Notes under the pieces: model-generated
The model's input: only the letters and a program-made list of their open reading frames with translations
Databases searched by the model: none
Told to the model about the DNA's origin: nothing
Part shown: positions 26,050 through 40,104 of the stretch, piece by piece
How the letters are laid out: each line of letters begins with the position of its first letter
Numbering within the stretch: position 1 is the first letter of the stretch
DNA from: Lama guanicoe
Lineage: Eukaryota
DNA: 64,000 bases
Direction of reading: 5' to 3'
NCBI GenBank assembly: GCA_013239625.1
Contig: MU054323.1
Span: forward strand, 16,248,029-16,312,028
Position numbers and translations under genes: made by a program

Positions 26050-26800
26050 GCCTAGGATTAGGCAATTTACTTGTAAATGTTCTAAAGGCCTTAAAATAAA
26101 TGTTTAATCTCTGATCCAATCCATGAATTAATCTTACTGAAACAATCAAGCGAGTTTTCAAAGATGTGTGCATGAGGATGTTTTTTACAGCATTATTTAT
26201 AACAGTGAAAAATGGACAGAAGAGGAAAATAATTAAATGGATGTTGATAAATTTAAACTATGACATACTATGCAGCATTAAAAATAATGCTGTAACTATA
26301 TGCTAACTTGAAAAGACATCCATAGAATCGTATAAAGTTTAAAGAAAAGAGGTATCCAAACTATGCATAGAATATGTTCCTATTTTAGTAAGAAAATATA
26401 TATTCTAACTAAATATATAATATATATATATTCCAGATGTTTATACATACATAAGAACATTATATATAACACAATAATAACGTATAAATATATATGTTTT
26501 AATGTTCTCATGTATAAACATCTAGAAGGTTACATAGCAAATATTAACAGTGGTTTCATCTAGGCTGTTGATATGGCTTCTTTATTTTCTCTAAATGTGT
26601 CTCTATTTTCTGATTTTTCTTTTTGTCATGAGAAAATAGAAATTCATTTAAAATGTTTACTTCTGTAAAAAGAAATGGGATAATTTGACCCTTCTGGAAC
26701 TACTTTGGCAATAAAAAATGATATTTACTCTCTTTCTTTATACATATATATATAAAGAAATATATATATATTATAAATTTATATATAGTGTGTATTTATA
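26050..26800 (+). mobile_element. L1ME-like 3' fragment with AT/TA-rich low-complexity tracts
   Basis: gaggatgttttttacagcattatttataacagtgaaaaatgg, atactatgcagcattaaaaataatg, and (TA)n runs. Confidence 0.5.
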
Positions 26801-27889
26801 TACAGTGTGTGTTTGGGATCCAGTAGCTAAATATACACATCTCTTCATAAAAAGGCTATACATGCATAGTTTAGGAAACCTGGAATACTTTTCTGATGTG
26901 GTTAAATTCCCTTTTGTAAGAAGGCTGAGTGACTCTGCATAACTGTGCGTTTTCTTTAGAAATTCTGGTCCCTTCCAGGTAGGAAAAATCACTACCTTAG
27001 CCCTGGATCTTTCAACCTGAACTCTGGAGGGTGGTTGCATAGCAACTGCTGATGGTGAAAATGACTGGTCTTGGTTCTCTGGGGGATTATATTGATTTGT
27101 ACAATAAAACAGTGCACTTTGATCCTTTGCTGGTTATAATAGGATAAAAGAGCTACACAAGCAGGGACCTTTTAGGAGTTCTTTGAAAAAAGACTGAGTG
27201 GGATGAAGGGCATTTAGTTGATTCCACTGAAGATGGTGGACTGAATACAGGGCAGCTGTGAGCACTGAAACTGAAGGATGCAAATTCCTTAAGAAATGTG
27301 TTATTTCCTTTCTTTTCATCAACTTTTACTGAGTTCCTACTAGGTACCAGGCTAGATATTGAACTAGTCATTAGGGATATAGTAATGATAATATGAGATC
27401 TCTACCATCTGGAAGCTCATACTCCAGTGGGGAAGAAAAACACAAAAATTTATAACTTCAATACCTGATGCTAAGTGATGCAAGTATGTGTGGAGGAGTT
27501 ATGGGATACAGAGAAAGGGTATCCAAGGCCACCTGGGGATCATTCCATAATCATTTCTTGAGCAGTGACTGTGTGCCTTGGCACTGGGGATACTAGGATG
27601 AGTGAGATTTGGCTCCTGGCCAAATGGATTTTACCTTCTAACAAGGGAGACAGGAAAAAACAATTCAATCTAATACAGTGTAGTAAATGTTCGGCTAGAG
27701 CAAGGATTAAAGTATGAGAGCACAGAGGCGGATATTAATGAATGATTAATGCCTATTTAATACTCTACTGTTTGCAGAGGTCAAAAATATGCATTACCTC
27801 ATTCAATGTTTATGAAGAAGTAGGATTTATCTCTCTTTTATTGATGAGGAAACTGAGGCTTGGAGATGTTGTGACTTGTCTAAGGTTGG

Positions 27890-28238
27890 TGTATTAATAA
27901 CAAAATACCACTGACTGGATGGCTTAAACAACAGTCATTTATTTTCTCACAGTTTTGGAAGCCAGAAGTCCCAGATTAAAGTCTAATAGGGTTGGTTACT
28001 GACGAAAACCCTCTTCCTGGCTTGCAGGCTTTTTGGGTCCCCACAAGGCACAGAGAGGGACTGGGCTCTCTGGTGTCGCTTCTTATAAGGACACTAATCC
28101 TGTTGGACCAGGGGCCCCACTCTTATGAACTCATTTAATCTTAATTACTCCCTTAGGGGACTCATCTCCAAATATGGCCACACTGGGGTTTAGGGCTTCA
28201 TCATATGAATCTGGGGAGACATATCTAATTTATAAACA
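27890..28238 (-). mobile_element. MaLR (MLT1A/B-like) solo LTR inserted in a MIR
   Basis: TG...CA ends with a perfect 5-bp TSD GTTGG (27885-27889 / 28239-28243). Motif caaaataccactgactggatggcttaaacaacag. MIR sequence on both sides. Confidence 0.9.
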
Positions 28239-28887
28239 GTTGGGCTGTGAACCTAGGGCTTCTGCCTCCAAAGTGTGTGTGTATATATGTACATGTATAT
28301 TTTCCACACCACACTAGAGGCATTTTTTTCCATCATGATGAATCAGTGACTCATAATACAGAGGATATAAAGAGCTCTGACATTTAGGGTCTCTGTTTAT
28401 GTTCCCTCCTCCAGTCTGCCTTCGGGACTTACTGAGATGTGGTCCTTTCCACAGTATCCTGGGCTTATGCACATCCATTCATACTCATTTGGGGCTTGTC
28501 ACTAGGAACCTCTAGTTTTAAGGAGGGGGTGGGAGTGGAGATAGAGTTAGAACAGGGCTTGTGAGGACTACAACTGGGACAGTGGGTAGAGATTAAGACC
28601 TGCGGGCTAGTCCTGTTTTAAAAGAGGAGGATGTCTGAGTGGGTTCCCATTGTCCAGTCCAAGATGAGACCACAGCCCACTCCAGGACCACTTGGAGGAG
28701 CAGGAGTGGGTGGTGCAGGTGGGCTAAGGGCAACAGTGAGGATTACAGGGCTGGGAAAGGGCATTTTGACAACAGCAGTAGCTGCTGCTCCAGGTGATGT
28801 TTCCGGTCCTCTTACCCTCCCCTTCTAGGAGAGCAGGATGCTTCTTCCTGCTTGTCTGGGGCTAATGTTCCCCTTCTTGGCCTTCCC

Positions 28888-29066
28888 TGGTCTCATGATC
28901 TTCAATCTTGGCTGTACCTTCCAATTGCCAGGGGAGACATTTACATAATGTTAATTCTCATGGCCCATCCTCAAAGATTCTGACTTCACTGGAGTAGGAC
29001 TTAGGGTTTGTATCTTTTGAAAGCTTCTCAAATGATCTTAACATGTTGCCAAAGATGAAAATTGGA
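28888..29066. mobile_element. MER5-like hAT-Charlie MITE
   Basis: tcttcaatcttggctgtacct...ccaggggag...cccatcctcaaagattctgacttcactgg...aagcttctcaaatgatcttaacatgttgcca. Confidence 0.6.
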
Positions 29067-32000
29067 CACATTCCTTCTGCCCCATTTTGGAAGGTGTGAG
29101 GCATACACTGTGATTCCCAGGCTTCTGACAGCCTTATCCATTTTGATCCTCTCAAGACCTGGGGGTTAGACAAGTACTGTGACTTTACAGATGAAAACCT
29201 GAGATTGCATTTGGCCTGTGAGTTGGGAAATTTCAGTTGGTAGCCAGTAGGTACAGGTAGAAAGGCCAACCTTAGTATGAGGAATCAGGAAGGAATGATT
29301 TTAGGTTCCTTTGCTGGCTTGGGCAGACAGAGTTGCATTCATTTATTCATTGAACAAATATTCACTGAACATCCACTATGCACCAGATGCTGCGCCTGGT
29401 GCTTGGTTAAGAGCTAGCCTTTGGCTTGCAGCAGGGGCTGGCGATGGTGTAATAGGGGAAGGGCCACCCCCTCAGGGGCCCAGCCTTGGGTAGTGGCTCC
29501 TTGCAGAAGTGTGCATTGTCAGAGCATTGTAGAACTAGCAAAGGCACTGCCAGCCACAGTTTTCTTTGCCTGCATGACTTACATACTTAAAGAATGAAAC
29601 AAACTTGTTTTTCTATTTAAAATTAGGCCTAGTCAGAATCTATAATCTTGTTGGGCTGAAGGTTTACAAGAATAGGGTAATTATGGCAGATTTGAACTTA
29701 TGGCTTGGTGACCAGGAAGATAGAACACATAGCTTTAGACTCACATACTCCGCTTTGGCGTAACTGACCATTCTGACACCCTCAGATGTCCACCCATCTC
29801 TGAGCAAGGACATTCCACTGAACAATGTCAGTTGATAGCTCACATTCTGAAGATTTTTTTCCAGATATTTTTATAAAGGCATTTTCCATTGTTTTGCTTT
29901 AATTCAAGTGGGCTTTTACTTAAGCTGTAGAGGTCATAAGTTTTATATCCGTAGGCTTGGTTTAAATTTTGTATGTTGCCTAGCCATGACAGATAGTAAA
30001 CAGCGATTTTCTTGTAACAATAGTTCATAATATTGCGGTAAGAAACTAAAACTTGGTAGCTGAACATAAATGAAAGTTTTTGGAGTTGAACAGACACAAA
30101 TATGGCTCCTGATTCTGTCATTTTCTTTATTAGGATCTAGGAAAAGTTACTCAACCATTTTGAGCCTCTGTTTCTTCATCTTTAAAATGGGGACAGCAAT
30201 ATGTTAAAGTTTACACATGGCATCAAGTAGTGCCTAGAGCATAATTGGCTTTTGATGAATATTCCTTTCTCTTTTTTGTGATGACATGACATATTCATCA
30301 TAGCCTTAGGGCTCAGGTTTGAGGAGGGGTAGAGCATACAAGTCTTAGTTGAAATTTCACCTTGGAAAAGGAGACCACACAGTTTCTACCATGAATTATA
30401 AATATCTAAGGGAGGTAAACAGCATGTTTCTCATGTGTGTAAATTACACTTGAGTTTGTATGTTTGTGAGTAGTTGAATGGTAGGCAGACACAATGGCTT
30501 TATGCTGAAGTAAGGAGAAAAACAGAAATACCTGTCTAGAGAGCCTTATCTACATGCCAGGCACTTTACAAGTGTTATCTTACTTTATCCAAGAGAACTG
30601 TTATCTCTGTTAACAAATAATGAAACTAAAGAATAGACAGGTTAATTGTCTTTCCCGAAGTCACACCCCCAGTGGCAAAGTTGGGGTTCCAAGCCAAGGG
30701 TTGGAATCACTGAAGTAAATCACTGAAGATGGTGGCTGTTATTATCAATAATATTATTTTTTTGACTAAACTCAGTCATGAGGTTAGCATTCCAGTACCA
30801 ATATGCTGAAACTTGCAGAATAAATGAAAATAGAATCAGTGCCTGCAAGTAGGGAGCGCTTAGCTGTCTAGGGTGATTATTTCTGGAATGAGGTCTTAAG
30901 CTGAGTCAGTGGAAGAATTCTTCCTAAAAACCCAGGACTCTTTGGGCCGATGGCATCTACAATGCAGTGATCACACACTCATAATTTTAATGTTTGCCTT
31001 ACAGTTCATTAACTGGATGAACAATGATTGCTTTAAATGTTTTGCCTTTTTTGGACATTTTGGTTGAGTACAAATTTTCTGTATCATCAATGGGATCTTT
31101 TGAATACTTTCCTGAATACTTATTTTGGCTAGTTTAACAGTCTTTGCAAGTGTGTCTTTTGGATGATATGTACAGTGTTTTGACATTTATATTCTAATGA
31201 CATATAAAGGCTTTAAGATTTATAGTAAGGCTAGAACTCACCCAGTGAATATACTGAGCAACAAAAGAATATGCACTTTGTAATAATAAAAAGTCTTAAT
31301 AATTTTTCTGTAGTCAGCCTAATGATTTCAACAACTGATCTTTAATATAAATGAGCTTAATTCCGATTAAGAGCAGAAAGCTTGGATTCCTTTCAGGTCT
31401 CCCTTCTTACTTATCTTCAATAATTTAATTTTTTCTGAGTATCAGTCTGTAGTTGGTTATGTTTTCTCCATTTATATGCATTTATACAGGTCAAAATGTG
31501 GTTAGAATGATGACATAGAGAGGAAGTTCAGGACTCTTGACCCAGTGCCAGAGGCCTGAATAAACATTCCTATGTCTGAGATTTTGGGGTTGGGGAAGGA
31601 CTCTGGACCTGTCCCCTCAAAATGCCAAGAGCTTACAGCATTTTTGAAAAAGGATGGTGCCCAGAAAATGTAGCCTTTTGTGATTAAAAAAAATACATTA
31701 CATGAACATTTGAAATACCTAGTTCTTTTAAGATTAAGCAGATGATGTTAAAAGGCTGCTGTCGATGTTGATGAAAGAGTGTGTTTGGTGAGAAGGACCT
31801 TAGTAACTGTCCTTTACTGAGGCAAGTAAACGAAACCCAAAACAAAATGCATGGGCAAATACTACTAAAAGCACAGCAACACAAAACTCACAGGGTTCCA
31901 CAAGAATACAACCGAAACCAAACTCCAGTCCCCCTGGTTTACATAATTCCAGAAAAGATCCACTAAGGAGATTAACTGGCTGCATATAGTGTCCATGGCC

Positions 32001-33164
32001 AAGAGGAACTGATGGGGTCAAACCTCCAGGACTCCTCATATTTCTGGTTTCCCATCAGATTTTATCTCCTGTTTCAAGCAATAGGATCTGGCAAGAGAGA
32101 TACAAATGACTGTGATTCAGCTCTCAGAAGATCCGGGGGAGGAAGCAAGGCCATATCTCTGTGTTAATGATCCTCTGTGCTTTAGACCACAGTGTGAGAA
32201 TTTGGAGGCGTGAGGGCAAGAGGAGGCTGCAGCAAGTATGTTGGCCTGGGATCAGTTTTAGGGAGTTTTGCATAAAGGTATTTACTTTTGGAAGATAATA
32301 TTAGCTCACTTATTTCCTATGGAAACTGGAAAACAAACATGAACTTTAAAATAAACACACACACATACTTAATTTCTGTTTATACACTAGTAAGTGAGAA
32401 AGGTGTGTGTGAGTGTGAGCTTTTTTGTGGCTACAGTTTTTGTGGTTTGCTTCAACTTATTTCACGCTGGCTGCCAGGCAGACATGGATGGATGGATTTT
32501 GATCAAGATAAAGGCAGTTTGCCCATTATCTGCCATGGTGGGACTTATGCCTACCAGTGAGTAGGCCTCCCTGAAGTTCCGCTTGTCTGTCAACATGCCG
32601 ATGCAGCAAGATTGATGTGTTTCAAGGTGGAATTATTTTTTCAAAGTCTACTTGGGCCAGTTCCTGGTCTAGTGCCAGGTCTTACATAATAATATATATC
32701 ATGAACCTTCACTGAGAAGGTAACAACAGGCCCGTGTTTCTGAAAGGCCCTTCACTTAGGGCAATCCTGTTTGCCCATTTACCTTTGGTAAAATTCTTTT
32801 TCCAGTAGCCTCCGAGGGAGTCCAGGGTGCAGAAAGGAGGAACATATTGTGCTTGTGGATTTAGCAGTTTATCTGTCACCACTCCTGTAAGAGAGTCAGG
32901 CTGTCTCACTGGTGACTAATTCAATGCCACTCTTCTCGAGTAACAGAGCATCACTTACTGCACGTATTTATTTTGCTAGGCCTTGAAGTAAAAAGTGTGT
33001 TCATTTCGACATTGGACCACTCAGTCTGAAGAAAGGGGAACAGTTTTGGGTTTATTAAAAAGAACGGTGGTACCACATCTCCTCCTTCCATTTACTTTCA
33101 GCACTATGTCAAGTGTGGTATTGCTGGGGGTGTTATACTAGTTACCTGTGCTGCAACTATCAAA

Positions 33165-33660
33165 CCATGCCACATTTTCTGTGGGTCAGAAATTTGGGAA
33201 GGGCTATGATGGGTGGTTCTGGCATAGGGTTTCTCAAGGAATGGTGGTTAAGCAGTGGCTGGAGCTGGAACAGCAGGTGACCGTAGGAGCCAGGGTCTGG
33301 CTGGGTATCTCTCTCTGTCTCTTTCTGTGTAGTCTTGGAGCTTCTCCAGATGGCCTCTCCATTTGGGATAATACGGGCTTCCTCACAGCATGGTGGCCTT
33401 AGGAGTGGGAATGTTACATAGTAGCTCAGGATTCTAATGCTAGAGCGCCAATGAGTCAGAGGAAGTTACTTTCTAACTTAGCTTCGGAAGGCAAGCAGTG
33501 TCACTTCTGCTGCATTTCTGTTGGTTCTAAGCAAATCCAAGTGTACTTAGAAATGTGGGGAAGGAACACATACCCCACTTTTTGATGAGAGAAATATCAA
33601 GGTCATATTGTAGTACAGCCTGTGGGGTGCTGCCATGTGTGGAAAATACAATTTGTCATA
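33165..33660 (-). mobile_element. MaLR (MLT1F/G-like) LTR
   Basis: ttctgtgggtcagaaatttgggaagggct, gggcttcctcacagcatggtggcct, gtcacttctgctgcatttctgttgg. Confidence 0.7.
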
Positions 33661-33819
33661 GGTACAGCCCTGCTCAAGACAAAAGGATGACAGAAAGGAC
33701 AGTCCAACTGGAAACAGGCCTTTCTAGGAAGCTCTGTGATCTCAAAATCTTGTATATCAGTTTGAATGGTAAAATATACATTTGTTAGTCTGTGAAATCT
33801 GATTTCTTGGCATATAAAA

Positions 33820-35485
33820 TAAATTTTATTGAGGCATAATTTACATTCAATAAAATGAACATAATTGAAGTGTAAAGTTCAATAAATTTTGATAAATGTA
33901 TGCAACTGTGACAACCACTCTAGTCAAGACACAGAATTTTCTATTATCCCCCAGATACTCTGCTCCTTTGCAGTAAATCCTGTCATCTTTGGCCCCTGGA
34001 AACCATTGATCTGCTTTCTATTACTATTGATTAGTCTTGCCTGTTCTAGATTTTCATGGACTCTTACATGTTGGCATATTTTTGAAGTTCATCCATTCTG
34101 TTGTATGTATCAACATTACTGTTGAGTAGAATTCCATTGTATGTATATACTACAATGTTTATTTTCCAGTTTATAGACATTTGGATTGTTTACAGTTTTT
34201 GGCTATTAAAAATAAAGTAGCTATAACCATTCATTCACAAATTTTTCTTGAGACATATGTTTTCATTTCTCTTGGATAAATATCTAGGAGTAGGATTGCG
34301 GGGTCATATGGGAAGTTCATGTGGTGAACTTTATAACTGCTATTCTGTTTTCCAAAGTGGTTGTTCCATTTTGCATTTCCGGCAATAATGCGTGAGAGTT
34401 CCAGTAGCCTCACATTGTCACCAAACTTGATGGTGTCAGTCTTTATTTTTAGATAATTCAACGGTGTGTAAAGGTATAAATATGCATTTTCCTGATGATG
34501 AAAGATGTTGAGCATCATTTCATGCAATTATTAGACATTTGTATGTTTTCTTTTGTGAAGTATCTGTTCAAATCTTCTGCCTATTAAAATTTTTTTGTCT
34601 TCTCTCTAATTGTAAGTGTTCTTTAAATATTCCTGACACAAGACCTTTATTAGGTACATGTATTGTGAATATTTTCTACCAGTCTGTGAATCGTCTTTTA
34701 ATTCTTTAATGATGTCTTTGGACTAGAAGTCTTTAACTTTGATTAGGTTTAATTTATATATTTATGTCTTATGCTTTTAATTTGCTCTATCTAAAAACAG
34801 TTTTACCTATCTCATGGTCATAAAGATGTTCTCTCATGTATTTTTCTAGAAGTTTTATAGTTTTAGCTTCTATTTCTTTAATCAATTTTGAGTTAATTTT
34901 TGTTATGTTGTGAGGTAAGGGTCAAGGTTTATTCCTATTTTTAAAATGTGGTATCTGAATTTTCTTTTTCTCTTTTTTTTAATTGAAGTATATAGTAAGT
35001 ATAATGTGTTAGTTTCTGGTGTGCAGCATAATGTCCCAGTCATACATATATATACATATATTCATTTTCATTAAAGGTTATTATAAGATATTGAATATAG
35101 TTCTCTGTGCTGGTATCTGGTTTTTCTAGAACTATGTTTGAAACACTTTTCTTTACTTATTGAATTACCTTGGCATTTTTGTTGAAAATCATTTGACTAT
35201 GTCTGGTTCTGTTTTTGAACTGTCATTCTGTTCCATTTATTTTTATGCTTATCCTTATGTAAATGTCACACTGTCTCCATTTCTATAACTTTATAGACAG
35301 TCTCAAATTCAGATAGCTTAAGTTTTCCAAATTTGTGATTCCTTTTTAAAATTTCTTTGACTATTCTAGGTCCTTTGCATTATATCAGTATGTTTTAAAA
35401 ATAGCCTATTAATTTCTTTAAAAGGTTCCTGGGATTTTGATTGGAATTACATTGAATCTGTAGATCAATTTAGGGAAAACTGACC
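33820..35485 (-). mobile_element. old L1 (L1MB/MC-like) 3' part: ORF2 C-terminus and 3'UTR
   Basis: 3' end aattttattgaggcataatttaca. Minus ORF 34231..34527 contains [22 protein letters not shown]. The segment stops at the antisense of the 'LPKLIYRFNAIP'-like region near 35480. Confidence 0.85.
34966..35110 (-). mobile_element. young L1 3' end fragment nested in older L1
   Basis: Poly(T) followed by aattgaagta...tttctggtgtgcagcat...gatattgaatatagttctctgtgc. TSD tggtatctgaattttct (34949-34965) / tggtatctggtttttct (35111-35127). Confidence 0.8.
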
Positions 35486-35489
35486 TATG

Positions 35490-37125
35490 TACAACATACT
35501 TTAAAGAACTGAAATCATATTAAGTATATTCTCTGATCACAATGGAAATATATTATAAATAAATAACAAAAATATGACTTAGGATCCCCACATTTTTTAG
35601 AATTTTATAAAACATATCCATATAAGCCATGAGTCAAAGAAGAAATCATGAAGGAAATATGAAAATATTTTTGACTGAATGATTACAAATATGCAACATA
35701 TCAAAATGTATAGAATGTGACCACAGCAGTGCTTAAAGGGAAAGATACAGCTTTATATGCTTACATGAGACAGAATAAGCTTTAAAATCAATAATTTAAG
35801 CTTCCTACCCAAGAAGCTAAATTAAACTCTAAGTGAATAGATGAAAGGAAAAATAAAGAGCATAAATCAATGAAATAGAAAACAGAAAAACAATAGAGAA
35901 GTTATGCTCACTCCCAATTTCATCACTCACTCTGAGGGAGTTCAGCTGCCACATTGGTAAGAAGAGGCGTAGGTGTTGAGGAACTGAAGGCACACTTTCA
36001 GACGACTGAAGTCCTAGCCAGTGTCTTTAGTGCAACCTCATAATAGAGCCTGAGCCAAAACTAAGTTACTTGCAGACTCCTGACAAACTATAGCTGTGTG
36101 AGATAATAAACATTTGTTGTTTTAAACTGCTTTTAAAAATAGACAAAATCAATGAAATCAAAGCTGCTTTTTGGAAAAGATTAATTAATGAACTTCTACC
36201 TAGACTGATCAAGAAAAAAGAGAAAAGATTCAAATTATCAACATAAGGAATGATATGACATCACCACAGATCCCACAGAAATTAAAAGGATAGAAGAATA
36301 TTATATGCTATTATATATTACTTTATTCCAATAAATCAAATAACCTAGATTAAAAAACAAACATTTTGAAAGCCATAAATGACACAAACTGGCATAGAAA
36401 GGAATTTAAAATCTGAATACCCTATTTCTCCTAAAGACATTAGATTTGAAATTTAAAAAACTCCCCAAAGAAATCTCCAGGCAAGGTGGCTTCAATGGTA
36501 AATTCTAGCACATGTTTAAGGAAAAAATAATATCAATTTCACACAAAATATTTCAGAAAACAGAGCAGGAGAGAAGTATTATCCTGATACTAAAATCAGA
36601 CAAAGATATAACATATGGATATCCTTCATTAACATATATGCAATAAACATTAACAAAATATTACAAAATATATAAAAAGATTATACATCATGACCAAATG
36701 GGAATAATTTCAGGAATGCAAGTAGGTTTGCCCTTAGAAAATAATGAATGCAATATATTGTATCAATGAAATCAAGGAGAAAAACTATAATCATCCTAAT
36801 AGATGAAGAAAAAGTATTGGAGACATTCAACAACCATGCACATACATCTTAAAAATTCCTCAGCAAACTAGGAGTAGAGGAAACTTCCTCACCCCAATAA
36901 AAAGCATCTATAAAGAAATCTACAGTTAATATTATATTTAATTCCAAACTGAATGTTTTCCTCCTAATTATGGGTACAAGGCAAGGATGTGTGATTTCAT
37001 CATTTTCATTCAGTCTCCATTACAATGCCAGTTCAATAAGGCAAGAACAATATAATAATAGGCATCCAGATTGGAAAGGAAAATGACATGACTGTACATT
37101 TTGAAAAACCTAAAGAATCTACAAT
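35490..37125 (+). mobile_element. L1 ORF2 segment (EN end to RT), inverted relative to the flanking L1 pieces
   Basis: Starts at the 'FSDHNG' region (ttctctgatcacaatgg) and runs through RT (ggtacaaggcaaggatgt; atgacatgactgtacattttgaaaaacctaaagaatc). Confidence 0.8.
35901..36134 (+). mobile_element. MLT1E/F-like LTR fragment inside L1
   Basis: tcactctgagggagttcagctgccac, gaggaactgaaggc, tgcaacctcat...tgtgagataataaacatttgttgttttaa. Confidence 0.65.
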
Positions 37126-37129
37126 AAAA

Positions 37130-38625
37130 ACTATTATCTTTTATCATTTTCCTTCAGTCTGAAAAACTGTCTTCTACATTTATTTTAGTATAGGTCTGTT
37201 TATCATAAATTCTTTCAACCTGTGTTTATCTGAAAATGCCTTCATTTTGCTTTTATTTTTGAACAATATTTTTGACAGATACAGAATTCTAGATTTCCTT
37301 TTTTTTCTTCTTTCAGTACTTAAAAAAATGTCACTCAATTGTCTTTGTCTTATTTTATTTCTAATATGAAGTCAGTGATTTTCTTATTTTTGTTCTTCTG
37401 TATCAAAATGTGTGCTTTTCCCCTCCAGCTACTTTTAGTATTTTCTCCCTATTTCTAGTTTTCAGCAGTTTTAATATGATGTACCTTAAAGGGTTTTTCT
37501 TTGTGTTTGTATTGTGTGAACTGTATTGATACTCTTCGACCTGTAGTTTTATATTTTTCATTAAATTTTGAAAAATTTTGGCTCTTATTTAATAGTTTCT
37601 ATTTTTATGTCTCCAAGCTAGCTAATATTTTCTAGTGTGTAATCTGCTGTTAATCTCATTCAGTAAATTTTCATTTCAGATAATGTATTTTTCAGCTTCA
37701 AAAATTCCATTTGGTTCTCTTTAATATCTTCAATTTCTCTAATTCTTTTATTTATATTTTCCTTGAAATATTTGAACATATGTATAGAGTCACTTTAAAA
37801 ATCTTTGTGACTCCCATCATCTCTGTAATTTCTGTGTGTGTGTGTTTATTGACTAATATCCCCTACCATTTTCCTGCTTCTTAGTAGGTCTAGTAACTTT
37901 TGATAGGACACTGGACATTGTGATTGTCATACTGTTAAGTGGATTTTGATAACTTCATTTAAGATTTGTTGGACTTTTTTTTTTCCTCTGCAGAAAATTA
38001 AGTCACTTGCTGATCAGCTTGATCCTTTTGAGGTTTGTTTTTTAGTGGAGGTCTGCAGTGGCCTCACTCTAATATAATTTAGCCTTAATACTTCTGAGTC
38101 TCTTCTAAATGCCTTGCTTGTTCAATGAGATTTCTCCACCACAGTGGTTAGAACTTGGATGACTCCCAGCCCTGTATGAGTTCTGGGAATTGTTCAGCTT
38201 ACAGCTCCTTGTTAGTTGTTCTTCAACTCATAGTTACTCTTTGCCTGGTTTTGTGGTGTCTTACCACACATATGTAGAACTGGATAGTCTGCCAAAGACT
38301 CAAGGGACCACCTATGCAGATTTCTGGAGCTCTTTCTCCTCTCTGACATTTTGCCCTAGCCTCTCCAAATTCTAATATTACCTCTTCAATTCAGTGAGAT
38401 CCTGTGATCTATGTTTCACTTTTATATACTCAAGTCTCCAGGTAGAAAGCTGGGACATTTTTAGGATTTATCTCATTTGCCTTCCTTCTTTCAGAAATCA
38501 AGTCTTGTCCAGTCTGCAGTCCATGTTTGAAAAGAGTTGTTTCATATATTTTGTCCTTAAAGAAAAGTAGTTTGTAGTGGGAAAGCAAGTCTAGTACCAG
38601 TTACTATATCATACACTAGAAGTAG
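37130..38625 (-). mobile_element. old L1 ORF1 / 5' region
   Basis: Antisense ORF1 motifs: ttatctgaaaatgccttcattttgc, gatacagaattctag, ttctttcagtacttaaaaaaatgtcactc, aattccatttggttc. Confidence 0.7.
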
Positions 38626-40104
38626 AAATTATGAAACTGAATTTTAAGATAATGGAATAATCTTTTTCCATTAGTCTTTATAGGCATATTTAGTTTTATT
38701 TATTTATTTAATCCTCTTAGCTCAATTTTTAAAAATTAAGAATTTCCAATAAAAGAATAGACTTTTAGAGATGAATTAGTTTCATGTGTCCTTTGCCCAC
38801 TGGACAGGACTCCAACATGATTTTGGAGGAAACTTGGCTTCAATCTCTATTAACAAATATCAAAATATCCTTCATTTTCTCACTCACTCTGTTCTTGTCT
38901 ACAGAAAATGAATTCAAAACAGATGGAGGAGACACATTAGATCAGAAGGGACTGTGCTGCTCTGCTCTGCCAGTTACAGTGCATAAAAGTATGTCACATA
39001 CCTTTTCACAGAGCTGCTAGTGTGGTATACATAGAAAGGTCTCTTATTGCTGTTTTGGCTTGGCTTGGCATTGTGGTTTTATAGTCTAAGCTACGACTTA
39101 GGAAATGCCGTGGTACCTGGCTGACAAATCAGTTGACATAAATGTGCTAACCATATACTGGCAGGTGGCCTGGTCTGCTAGCTGGCTTCTGAGAAATGAT
39201 AAACACAGAGGCTCACAGACAGATCACCACTATCTCCAGCCTCTGAAAGTTCTGGAATCAGAGTCTGGAGCAAGTTCATTGCTCTCTATTTTCACTGGAA
39301 ATGGACCAAAGAAACAGCCAAAGCCTTTCTGTGTCTAGCATCCATCACACAATGCAACATTGTTTGTCAAACTGTTGGGTTCCTTATCTGGGTGAGCCTA
39401 GAAACTTAAATATACATACATACATACATACATTGTCTATCTAAAAATATATATGCTATAAATATATATATTTACAGTTTATATAATGTTTTAATATATA
39501 GATGAAGCTAGTGGAGCCTAGTTTCTCAATTCCTTCATCCATAATATAGGGATAATTTTTACTGTAAAGGGTAGACGGTTGTGATGAATTAATACATGTA
39601 AATAACTTAGTGCCTAGTACACAATGCTTTAGTGCAGTAGGTTTTTTCACTACTCTTATTATTAGTATATACTATAGATGCAACCTATTGCTTTGTGACT
39701 ACCCCAAGACTCATTCCATAGGGTATGTTATGAGCTTGGTACCCTTTTCTAGCCTTGTTTTGGCTTTTCTGTGGTATTTATCTGTATACTCTATTTAACA
39801 TATACTTTAGGAAACACATTTTGATGGCTGAGGTAACAAATCTACCTGTGTATTAATATCTACCAGCCAAAACCAGCCCAAAAAATTGAGGTAAGAAAAT
39901 TCAAGTTAAATTGTGGTCATTCATAGATGTTATGTGGAGAAGACATCTCACTTTGTAGGCATTGTTCTTCTGTCTGAGACCTGGATCCAGGTGTGACAGA
40001 GAGGAATAAGATTGTAAAATGTTGAATGGGAAAGGTATACAGAGTTGAAAGACATCACAGAAGCCACCTGGACCATTTTAAACAGAAGGAACTGAGAAAC
40101 ATAT

